In this document: positions 35,813 through 44,174 of the stretch, piece after piece
How the letters are laid out: the number at the start of each line of letters is the position of its first letter
Position numbering within the stretch: position 1 is the stretch's first letter
DNA from: Gemmatimonadota bacterium
Lineage (GTDB): Bacteria > Gemmatimonadota > Gemmatimonadetes > JACCXV01 > JAHWKZ01
DNA: 59,872 bases
Direction: 5' to 3'
NCBI GenBank assembly: GCA_035687745.1
Contig: DASRVA010000183.1
Span: 1 to 59,872, forward strand
Notes under the pieces: generated by a model
The model's database searches: none
Seen by the model: the letters and a program-made list of their open reading frames with translations, nothing else
What the model was told of the DNA's origin: nothing
Translations under genes and position numbers: made by a program

Positions 35813-38710
35813 ATGATCCTCCGCCTCAGGGCGACCGCCTGGGGGCTGGTCGTCGCGGTCGCTCTCGCGGTCGGGTGCCATACCAGCGGGCAGGTCCGAG
35901 ACCCCGGCGTCGTCGGGGAGGACGCGGCCCCCACCCGCTACGAGCCGTCGCGCGATCTCGGGATCCTGTTCCACGACGTTCAGCTGTCAGGCCTCTTCCC
36001 TGACTCCAAGACGTTCGCCGACGCCCGGCCGCTCCTGCCTCCGGCCGAGATCCTCGCCCGCTACGCCGCGCTGCGCGACTCGGCGGGTTTCAGCCTCCGG
36101 ACTTTTGTGGAACGGCATTTCGAGCTCCCCCAACCGGTCGGCGGGGATTTTCGGGCCGACACCTCGCGGACCATGGAGGAGCACATCCGGGCGCTCTGGC
36201 CCGTGCTCACCCGGGCGGCCGACAGCACCGCCGCTCATTCTTCGCTGATCCCGCTGCCCAATCTGTACGTGGTCCCCGGCGGCCGCTTCCGCGAGGTCTA
36301 CTACTGGGACTCGTATTTCACGATGCTCGGCCTCGTCGAGAGCGGCCGGACGGACCTCGTCCGGAGCATGCTCGACAACTTCGCATATCTGGTGCGGACC
36401 ATCGGCCACGTTCCGAACGGCAACCGGACCTACTACCTCAGCCGCAGCCAGCCGCCGTTCTTTGCCGCGATGGTCGGCCTCTTCGCGCAGGCGACCGACA
36501 CCACGCGGGCGCTCCGCTATCTCGACGCGCTGGAGATGGAGCACGAGTTCTGGATGGATGGTGCCGAGGGCCTGGAGCCGGGGGCGGCGTACCGGCGAGT
36601 CGTGAAGCTGAGCGACGGCTCCGTGCTCAACCGGTATTGGGACGACCGTCCTGAGCCCCGACCCGAATCCTACCGGGAGGACTATCTCCTGGGGCAGACA
36701 CTCCCCGAGGAGCGGCGCACCTCCCTGTTCCGGGAGATCCGCGCCACCGCGGAGAGCGGCTGGGACTTCTCGAGCCGCTGGAAGCGCGACCCATCGGACC
36801 TCCGGACCCTGGAAACGACGGGGCTGATTCCGGTGGACCTCAACAGTCTGCTCTATCACGCTGAGCGGACGATCGCCGCATTCCGGGCGTTCCGGGGCGA
36901 TCCGGCAGACGGGGAAGTCGCCGAGAGGTTCGCGCTTTCGGCCGAGCGGCGGCGGCGGGCACTGCTCGCGCGCGCATACGATCCCGACAGCGGCTACTTC
37001 TACGACGTCCGCTGGCGGAGCGGCCAGCGTGTGACCGACCGGCCCACCCTGGCTGCCGCCGCCGTTCTCTACTTCGGGCTCGCCACCCCCGAGCAGGGCC
37101 GCGCGGTCGCCGCCCGGCTGGAGGAGGACTTCCTGAAGCCCGGCGGGTTCGTAACGACGCGGGTGGCTTCGGGACAGCAGTGGGATGCGCCCAACGGCTG
37201 GCCTCCTCTCCAGTGGCTGGCGATCCAGGGCGTCCGCCGCTACGGGCGCGAGGACCTCGCCGCCGCCGCGCGCGAGCGCTGGCTCGAGCTCAACCGCCGC
37301 ACGTATCAGGCGACCGGCAGGATGATGGAGAAGTACGACGTCGTCGATCTCGACCGACCGGCCGGCGGGGGCGAGTACCCGACGCAGGACGGGTTCGGGT
37401 GGACGAACGGCGTGGCGCTGGCTCTCGTGGCCGAGCAGGGAGCCAGGGTCGGACGCGGGCCACGGGGCTCCGAGGGGTTCAACGGGCGCTACAGCCTCTC
37501 ACGGACGCTGCGCCGGGACCCGAACGGGGTCCGTGCCGAGCGGAAGAGCAATCAATGGCTTGCCGTCCACCCCTCGCATGGCTTGACTTCCCCGAAGTTT
37601 TACCGAAAATTAGTAGCAGGCATCTCGAGGGTAAGCATGACCCACCCATCCATCCGCGGCCGCGGTGCGGCCCACAACCCGCCCAACCGTTTCGACCTGA
37701 TCTCGGTCGAGCGGGAGGCGTGGACCCACGCCGAGGACCCGGCGCCCGAGACCAAGTTCTACCGCGACGCCTCCCGTTCCATCATCGCGACGAACGACAG
37801 CCCCGACGTCGGGTTCGACGCGAGCATCAATCCGTACAGAGGTTGCGAGACGGGATGCTCGTATTGCTTCGCGAGGCCCACCCATGAATTCTTCGGTCTC
37901 TCGGCCGGAATCGACTGGGAGACCAAGATCTTCGTGAAGGAGGACGCTCCCGAGCTTCTTCGCGACCAGCTCTCCTCCCCGAAGTGGGAACCCAAGCCGC
38001 TCGCCATGAGCGGGGTGACGGATCCCTACCAGCCGGTCGAGCGGCGGCTCGGGATCACCCGCCGCTGCCTGGAGGTCTTGGCCGAGTTCCAGAATCCGGT
38101 CGTGATCATCACCAAGAATCATATGGTCACGCGGGACATCGACCTGCTCCAGCGCCTGGCCATGCACGACGCCGCGATGGTCAACTTGTCGATTACGACC
38201 TTGAGGCGAAGCCTCCAGCGGGTGATGGAGCCCAGGACCTCTATCCCCGAGAAGCGCATCGAGGCGATCCGCAAGCTCTCCGGCGCGGGGGTACCGGTCG
38301 GGGTCCTGGTCGCTCCGGTCATCCCGGGTCTCACCGACCACGAGATGCCGAAGATCCTGGAGCGGGCGGCCGAGGCGGGAGCGGTGCGCGCGGGGTGGGT
38401 GATGCTTCGCCTCCCCTACGCGGTGAAAGACGTGTTCGAGGACTGGCTTGGGCGTCACTTCCCGGACCGGAAGGCGAAGGTCCTGAACCGGCTCCTGAGC
38501 CTGCGCGGAGGCCGGCTGAATGATCCGCGGTTCGGATACCGGATGCGGGGCGATGGGCCATTCGCCGAGCAGATGCGGCAGGTGTTCGAGGTGTCGTGCC
38601 GAAAGGCCGGGCTGAACCGGGTGTCGGTCGAGCTGTCGACAGAAGCCTTCCGGCGCCCCGTGGGGATAGAGATCCCGAGGTGCGAGGGTCCTCAGCTCAC
38701 GCTTCTCTGA
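35813..38710 (+). CDS. treA: Alpha,alpha-trehalase (GH37) lipoprotein whose frame continues without a stop into a radical SAM domain
   Basis: Lipobox AVGC; PDSKTFAD, VPGGRFREVYYWDSYF, SRSQPP, AESGWDFSSRW, QWDAPNGWPPLQW, EKYDV, QDGFGWTNGV. Trehalase homology ends near 37440. Confidence 0.85.
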   Translation: MILRLRATAWGLVVAVALAVGCHTSGQVRDPGVVGEDAAPTRYEPSRDLGILFHDVQLSGLFPDSKTFADARPLLPPAEILARYAALRDSAGFSLRTFVERHFELPQPVGGDFRADTSRTMEEHIRALWPVLTRAADSTAAHSSLIPLPNLYVVPGGRFREVYYWDSYFTMLGLVESGRTDLVRSMLDNFAYLVRTIGHVPNGNRTYYLSRSQPPFFAAMVGLFAQATDTTRALRYLDALEMEHEFWMDGAEGLEPGAAYRRVVKLSDGSVLNRYWDDRPEPRPESYREDYLLGQTLPEERRTSLFREIRATAESGWDFSSRWKRDPSDLRTLETTGLIPVDLNSLLYHAERTIAAFRAFRGDPADGEVAERFALSAERRRRALLARAYDPDSGYFYDVRWRSGQRVTDRPTLAAAAVLYFGLATPEQGRAVAARLEEDFLKPGGFVTTRVASGQQWDAPNGWPPLQWLAIQGVRRYGREDLAAAARERWLELNRRTYQATGRMMEKYDVVDLDRPAGGGEYPTQDGFGWTNGVALALVAEQGARVGRGPRGSEGFNGRYSLSRTLRRDPNGVRAERKSNQWLAVHPSHGLTSPKFYRKLVAGISRVSMTHPSIRGRGAAHNPPNRFDLISVEREAWTHAEDPAPETKFYRDASRSIIATNDSPDVGFDASINPYRGCETGCSYCFARPTHEFFGLSAGIDWETKIFVKEDAPELLRDQLSSPKWEPKPLAMSGVTDPYQPVERRLGITRRCLEVLAEFQNPVVIITKNHMVTRDIDLLQRLAMHDAAMVNLSITTLRRSLQRVMEPRTSIPEKRIEAIRKLSGAGVPVGVLVAPVIPGLTDHEMPKILERAAEAGAVRAGWVMLRLPYAVKDVFEDWLGRHFPDRKAKVLNRLLSLRGGRLNDPRFGYRMRGDGPFAEQMRQVFEVSCRKAGLNRVSVELSTEAFRRPVGIEIPRCEGPQLTLL
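37583..37616 (+). promoter_or_regulatory. Internal promoter/operator-like element upstream of the radical SAM start
   Basis: TTGACT followed by the AT-rich gttttaccgaaaattagtag, which contains the imperfect palindrome TACCGA-AAA-TTAGTA. Confidence 0.55.
37637..38710 (+). CDS. PA0069/Rv2578c-family radical SAM protein (SplB-like), probably from its own ATG
   Basis: MTHPSIRGRGAAHNPPNRF, SINPYRGCETGCSYCFARPTHEF (CxxxCxxC), SGVTDPYQPVE, ITKN, VAPVIPGLTD. Confidence 0.88.
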   Translation: MTHPSIRGRGAAHNPPNRFDLISVEREAWTHAEDPAPETKFYRDASRSIIATNDSPDVGFDASINPYRGCETGCSYCFARPTHEFFGLSAGIDWETKIFVKEDAPELLRDQLSSPKWEPKPLAMSGVTDPYQPVERRLGITRRCLEVLAEFQNPVVIITKNHMVTRDIDLLQRLAMHDAAMVNLSITTLRRSLQRVMEPRTSIPEKRIEAIRKLSGAGVPVGVLVAPVIPGLTDHEMPKILERAAEAGAVRAGWVMLRLPYAVKDVFEDWLGRHFPDRKAKVLNRLLSLRGGRLNDPRFGYRMRGDGPFAEQMRQVFEVSCRKAGLNRVSVELSTEAFRRPVGIEIPRCEGPQLTLL

Positions 38711-38741
38711 CCCTTTTTGACCGCTCCTTGGCCATGGTCGA

Positions 38742-41700
38742 TCAGCCGTTCGAAAGTGCCGCCGCCCTCACCACCAAGAGCCGCTCGACCTCGCGGCGCT
38801 CGGCGTCGCTCGCGGGATCCCGGAGCGAACGGGTCGCGCGGCCTTCCTTGACCGCGACCGGGACCCCGTCCTTGTAGATGACGCGGTTGCCGGGCAGCGC
38901 CGCCACCCTTTCACCGGGGATCAGGATCCCGGCCAGGTTGAGGGGATCCCCGGCCGAAACCGCGAGCAGCCGCCCGTCGGGCTCCCTGCGTCTGACGGCG
39001 CGGAGCCGCTCGACCGCCTCCGGGAGCGCAAACTGCTCGCCCGCCATTCCCTGCACGAACCGACCTCCGCGCACCTCGCCCCGCATCTCGAGCCGCCAGA
39101 GCACGCGGAGGAGGTCCCGCCAGGGCGCCAGCGGCGCCTCGCGGGCGAGGATCCGCCGCGCGACCACGCCATAGCGGGCGAGGAGCTGGCGCGCGAAGCG
39201 CTCGACCAGATCCTCGCGGTCGGTGCCGGCCGGTGCCGGCCGCTCCACGCCGGTTCCACGCAGGAGGGACCACCGGCCCGCGACGGCGGCTCCCGTGTAG
39301 CGCGGCTGCCGGCCCGGGCGGGGGACCGGGCGTCGACGCCGGCGATGCTCGGGCAGGAGCAGGGTTCGGAGCGCCTCGACGCCGTCGGCGGTGACGAGGC
39401 CCCACGCCAGGAGCTCGCCCAGCCCGCGCTCGACCTGGGCGGGGAGGAGGTCCGTTCGGCGGACCAGGTCCTGGAGGAACGCCGGGCCCCGCTCGCGCAG
39501 GGACGTCAGGACCAGGCGCGCCTCGTGGCTGAGCCGCTCAAGGTCGAGCTCGGGCCACGGGGCCAGGTCCATCCAGGCGTCCAGCTCCTCGCGATCGAAG
39601 AAGGCGATCGGGGTGTTCCGCACGGGACCCGTTCGGGGCCGCTCCGGATCGGCGGTGGGCGAGGGGGGGAGGAGCCGCCCCCAGACCACGTGGCCGCCCA
39701 GGCAGGCCAGATCGAGCCAGCCGGGGTCGTAGCCGGGCAGACGAGCAGGCAGGAGGTCCCGTTCCCACGACACGGCCGGGGCCTCGAACGCCTGCATCTG
39801 GTCGAGCACGGCAAGAAGGCCGCGGGGGCCGTCCGCCGGGGCCGACGAGCCGACCCCCTGCCAGGCGAAGAGGAAGCGCATGAAGTCGGCCGGTGCGACG
39901 GGCTCGATCTCCGATCTCAGGCGATCGATCGTGGTGCGGTGGATCCGGGCCAGGAGCCGGCGGTGACACCACTCGGGATCTTCGAGCCCCGGCGAGAACC
40001 GTCCGCGCAGGATCGAGCCCTCGGTCTCCAGCCGGAGGAGCGCGGCCTGGATCGCGGGCGCGGAGAGCCCCAGCGAATCCACGAGCACGGCCTCGGTGAC
40101 GGGACCGAGCCCCTCGAGGCGTCCCCGAAGAAGGGCGGCCAGGGCCTCGTCCTGATCCCACTCCCGCGCGCGAAGGCGGGCCGGAGACTCGACGGCGGGC
40201 TCGACCTCGATCGGGCCGTACACGGCCTCGACTTCGGGCAGCCGCTCGGCCGCGACCCAGAACCGGCGATCGGCCCCCGTCCGCACCCGGGCGACCCGGC
40301 CCGCCGCGGCCAGCTCATCCAGGCGGTCTCTCCACGGCGCGGCCTCGACCTCGGTGACGAGACCGAGCCAGCTCAGTGCGTCGTGGACCTCGTCGGCGTC
40401 CTCGGGCTCGGGCCAGGCCTCCCCGCGGACGCGGGCGATCGCGTCGGCGTCCAGCGTGCCGAGCTCGTCGGCCGACCGGAAGTCGAGGCCGCGCCGGGTC
40501 TGGACGGCCAGCGTCCGCCGCTCCTCGGCGGGCGCGTCGTCCAGGAAGGCGTAGGGCCGTGCGTTCAGGACCTCGTGGGCCAGGGGCGACGGCTCGGGCA
40601 CGTCGCGGGCGTAGAGCTCGAGCTCGCCCCCGTGGATCCGCTCGAGCAGGGCCTCGAGCCCGTCGATGTCCATCGCCTCCACGAGGCAGTCCTGGACGGT
40701 CTGGCGCACGATGGGATGATCCGGGATCTCGATGTCGCCCACGATGTGCTCGAGGCAGGCCGCGGCCTGCGGAAACGCCGCCGCGAGGAGGTCCTCGGCT
40801 CGCATCCGGAGAAGCTGGGCGGCGACCTTGCGGCCGTTCTGTCGTCGGAGCACGGCCAGTGCGCGCTCCACGTTCCACCGCCAGCGGGTCTGGAACATCG
40901 GCGCGGCGAGAAGCGCCTGGATCAGGATCTCCCGGGCGGTGGACGGGTTCAGATAGCGGAAAACGTCGTCCAGCGGGAACGAGTGCTGCGGGCCGAGCGA
41001 CAGCACGATCGCGTCCTCGTTGGCGGCCGCCTGGAGCTCGAAGTTGAAGGAGCGGCAGAACCGCTTCCGGAGGGAGAGTCCCCACGCGCGGTTGATCCGC
41101 GCGCCGAAGGGGGCGTGCACGACGAGCTGCATCCCGCCCGCCTCGTCGAAGAACCGCTCGAGGACGAGTCGCCGCTGGGTGGGGATGACGCCGAGCACCC
41201 GGCGGGTCGCGTCCAGGTACTCGGCGACCTGGTTCGCAGCCGGCCGGGGGAGGCCGGGGATCTCGTCCACCAGCCAGTCGACGGCCGAGCCGACCCCGGC
41301 GGCAAGCTTCGTTTCGACGTCGGCGCGCAGCCGGCTCACCTCCTCCGAAAGCTCGGCCGTCCGCGCGGGGGCCTCCCCCAGCCAGAACGGGATCGTCGGG
41401 GGCTCGCCGAGGGCGTCGGTGACCCGCACGCGGCCGGTCTCGATCTTGTGGATCCGCCACGACGCGTTGCCGAGCTGGAACACGTCTCCCGGCATCGACT
41501 CGATCGCGAAGTCCTCGTTGATGGTGCCGACGAACGTGCCCTCGGGGTCGAGGATGACGTCGTAGTCGCTGGTGTCGGGGATGGCACCCCCCGACGTCAC
41601 CGCCGCCAGCATCGAGCCGCGCCTCCCGCGCACGACGCCGTTCACCTCGTCGTAGTGGACGCGGGCCGCGCGCCGGCCGCGAGAGGTCGCGTAGCCGTCG

Positions 41701-43205
41701 GCCAGCATGAGGAGGACGGCATCGAAGTCCTCACGCGGGAGATCGCGATAGGACCAGGCGCCCCGGATGAGGCGGCAGAGCTCGTCGACCTGCCAGTCCC
41801 GCGTTGCCGCCGCGGCCACGATCTGTTGCGCCAGGATGTCGAGCGGGCGCTCGGGGAAGAGGAGGCGGTCGAGACGGTCCCCGCCGGCGGCGCGGAGGAG
41901 CGCCGCGCACTCGACCAGCTCGTCCCTGGTGGTGGCGAAGATCCGCCCTCGGGCGACCATCCCCTTGACGCGCCCGGAGCGACCGACCCGCTGGAGGAAG
42001 GCGGCGATCGTTCGGGGGCTTCCGATCTGACAGACCAGATCGACCGTGCCGACGTCGATGCCGAGCTCGAGCGAGGCCGTCGCCACGATCGCCCTGAGCT
42101 CTCCCGCCTTGAGACGCCGCTCGGCGTCCAGGCGTCGCTCGCGCGAGAGCGAGCCATGATGCGAGGTCACCGCGTCTTCACCCAGGCGGTCGGCCAGGTG
42201 ACGGGTCGCCCGTTCGGCCATCCGGCGCGTGTTGACGAAGATCAGGGTCGTCCGGTTCTCGCGGACCAGGCTGGCCAGACGGTCGTAGATCTCCTCCCAT
42301 GCCTCGTTCGAGAGGAGGGCCTCGAGCGGGCTCTCGGGGATCTCGATCGCGAGCTCCATCTCGCGGGCGTGGCCTTCGTCGATCACCAGGCATTCCGGGG
42401 CGGAGCCGCGGTCGCCAACGCTCAGGCCTGCACCCACCAGGAACGCCGCCACCTCCTCGATCGGCCGTACGGTCGCGGAGAGACCGATCCGGAGAGGTGG
42501 CCGGCCGGCCGCGAACGGAGGGCCGATCTCCCCCGAACCCTCGGGTCCACCGCGGAACGCGTCGTCCGCCGTGCCATGCACGGCGAGGTGATCGAGGCGC
42601 TCCAGGCTGAGCGCCAGGTGCGGGCCCCGCTTGTCGTCGGCGACCGCGTGGATCTCGTCGACGATGACCGTCCGGACCGTCTGGAGCATCCGGCGCCCCC
42701 GGCGGGTAGTCAGGAGGATGAACAAGGATTCGGGTGTGGTGACGAACAGGTGCGGCGGGCGATCCAGGTGAGCGCGGCGCTCCGCGGCCGGCGTGTCCCC
42801 GGTCCGGACGGCGGTCCGGATCTCGACGTCCGGCTGCCCAAGCCGGGCGAGTTCACGCCGGATGCCGGCCAGCGGCTCCTGGAGGTTCTTCTCGATGTCG
42901 TTCCCGAGCGCCTTCAGGGGCGAGATGTAGACGACGCGGGTCTCGTCGGGGAGGATCCCCGGTCCGTCCGCGTCCTCCGACAGCCCGAGCCGCACGAGAT
43001 CGTCGATCGCGGCCAGGAAGGCGGCCAGCGTTTTTCCCGACCCGGTCGGAGCCGCGATCACCACATGTCGCCCGGACCGGATCGCCGGCCAGCCCCGCGA
43101 CTGAGGCGAGGAGGGTCCGCCCGGGAAGCGGTCTTCGAACCAACGGCGGACGGCGGGATGGAAGCCGGCGAGGGAGTCGGCGGCGCGCTCGATCATCTCC
43201 TCCAA
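38742..43205 (-). CDS. lhr: Lhr-family DEAD/DEAH box helicase
   Basis: APTGSGKT, SPLKALGNDI, VDEIH, SAT, TASLELGID, QRVGRSG, winged-helix and AlkZ-like C-terminal region. Start may be ATG 43196. Confidence 0.93.
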   Translation of the reverse strand: MEEMIERAADSLAGFHPAVRRWFEDRFPGGPSSPQSRGWPAIRSGRHVVIAAPTGSGKTLAAFLAAIDDLVRLGLSEDADGPGILPDETRVVYISPLKALGNDIEKNLQEPLAGIRRELARLGQPDVEIRTAVRTGDTPAAERRAHLDRPPHLFVTTPESLFILLTTRRGRRMLQTVRTVIVDEIHAVADDKRGPHLALSLERLDHLAVHGTADDAFRGGPEGSGEIGPPFAAGRPPLRIGLSATVRPIEEVAAFLVGAGLSVGDRGSAPECLVIDEGHAREMELAIEIPESPLEALLSNEAWEEIYDRLASLVRENRTTLIFVNTRRMAERATRHLADRLGEDAVTSHHGSLSRERRLDAERRLKAGELRAIVATASLELGIDVGTVDLVCQIGSPRTIAAFLQRVGRSGRVKGMVARGRIFATTRDELVECAALLRAAGGDRLDRLLFPERPLDILAQQIVAAAATRDWQVDELCRLIRGAWSYRDLPREDFDAVLLMLADGYATSRGRRAARVHYDEVNGVVRGRRGSMLAAVTSGGAIPDTSDYDVILDPEGTFVGTINEDFAIESMPGDVFQLGNASWRIHKIETGRVRVTDALGEPPTIPFWLGEAPARTAELSEEVSRLRADVETKLAAGVGSAVDWLVDEIPGLPRPAANQVAEYLDATRRVLGVIPTQRRLVLERFFDEAGGMQLVVHAPFGARINRAWGLSLRKRFCRSFNFELQAAANEDAIVLSLGPQHSFPLDDVFRYLNPSTAREILIQALLAAPMFQTRWRWNVERALAVLRRQNGRKVAAQLLRMRAEDLLAAAFPQAAACLEHIVGDIEIPDHPIVRQTVQDCLVEAMDIDGLEALLERIHGGELELYARDVPEPSPLAHEVLNARPYAFLDDAPAEERRTLAVQTRRGLDFRSADELGTLDADAIARVRGEAWPEPEDADEVHDALSWLGLVTEVEAAPWRDRLDELAAAGRVARVRTGADRRFWVAAERLPEVEAVYGPIEVEPAVESPARLRAREWDQDEALAALLRGRLEGLGPVTEAVLVDSLGLSAPAIQAALLRLETEGSILRGRFSPGLEDPEWCHRRLLARIHRTTIDRLRSEIEPVAPADFMRFLFAWQGVGSSAPADGPRGLLAVLDQMQAFEAPAVSWERDLLPARLPGYDPGWLDLACLGGHVVWGRLLPPSPTADPERPRTGPVRNTPIAFFDREELDAWMDLAPWPELDLERLSHEARLVLTSLRERGPAFLQDLVRRTDLLPAQVERGLGELLAWGLVTADGVEALRTLLLPEHRRRRRPVPRPGRQPRYTGAAVAGRWSLLRGTGVERPAPAGTDREDLVERFARQLLARYGVVARRILAREAPLAPWRDLLRVLWRLEMRGEVRGGRFVQGMAGEQFALPEAVERLRAVRRREPDGRLLAVSAGDPLNLAGILIPGERVAALPGNRVIYKDGVPVAVKEGRATRSLRDPASDAERREVERLLVVRAAALSNG

Positions 43206-43367
43206 TCTACCCGCCGGTACCGACCACGGCCCGGAGCGGAGAGCCCCGATCGAACCTTCCGACCGGATTCACGCTTTCTCTCCATACGGGGCGCCCTGCG
43301 CGCCCGTCGGGGCTGGATCCGGAAGAATGGTCCGGCTCTTGCGGAGAATGCGCTTACCCCCGGTAGG

Positions 43368-44117
43368 ATGACGATGATGAACGGGATCAGACCCGCGGGG
43401 GCGGTCCTCGCCCTCCTCAGCGTTTCGACTTTGCCCTGGGCCCTCGGGTGCTCAAGGATGCAGGTCGGTACGACCTTCGGCCCCGCTCCGGGGAACCCGG
43501 CCACCGAGGTGCGCTACACCAACGCCGAGATCGACTACTTCCTGGAGGTGGCGCTGGGCGTCGAGTTCGCCCACGGCGCGCGGCCGAGGATCATCAAGCG
43601 CTGGCCGACCGCGGAGCTGCCGGCGATCCGGCTGGAGATCATGGGATCGCCGACGTCGCAGGACCTCGCGGTGATCCGCTCCGTGGTCGACGAGCTCAAC
43701 GCGATCGCGGGGCTGCCCTTGATCGCCATCGACACCGAGCGCCCCAACGTGCCCGTCCGGTTCGTCCCGCGGAACAGCATGCGGAGCTACTCATCGCTCG
43801 TCCCGCGCTGGGGCGCGGGCGGGTTCGTGTCGACCGAGCTCAACGACGACTTCTCGATCGAGCGCGGTCAGGTCCTGATCGCCTCGGACATCCCCTTCCG
43901 GGCCCGGAAGCCCATCATCCGCGAGGAGATCACCCAGCTCCTGGGCCTGCTGAACGACTCGAGCTGGTATCCGGAGAGCATCTTCAACGACGCCAACTTC
44001 TCGACCGAGTTCGCGCCCATCGACCGGGCGCTGATCGAGATGCTCTACCGGCCGGAGATGCGGGCGGGGCTCGACGAAGGTGACACCCGGAAGGTGCTCC
44101 GGAAGGCCCTCCGCTAG
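43368..44117 (+). CDS. DUF2927-like lipoprotein
   Basis: Lipobox ALGC; IIREEITQLLGLLNDS...SIFND...IDRALIEMLY. Confidence 0.75.
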   Translation: MTMMNGIRPAGAVLALLSVSTLPWALGCSRMQVGTTFGPAPGNPATEVRYTNAEIDYFLEVALGVEFAHGARPRIIKRWPTAELPAIRLEIMGSPTSQDLAVIRSVVDELNAIAGLPLIAIDTERPNVPVRFVPRNSMRSYSSLVPRWGAGGFVSTELNDDFSIERGQVLIASDIPFRARKPIIREEITQLLGLLNDSSWYPESIFNDANFSTEFAPIDRALIEMLYRPEMRAGLDEGDTRKVLRKALR

Positions 44118-44174
44118 GCGGGCCGTTCGGGCCTGCCCTCCCCCGTTCCACGACGTCGAAAATTTCGAGGACTT

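Noticed and set aside
39345-43367. Most of the 1590-aa plus-strand ORF
   Set aside because: Antisense shadow of lhr. In high-GC genes the reverse frame has few stops. Only the last 249 codons (DUF2927-like lipoprotein) look real.
44156-44168. Palindrome TCGAAA-A-TTTCGA between convergent genes
   Set aside because: Single occurrence, not upstream of any gene. At most a weak terminator element.
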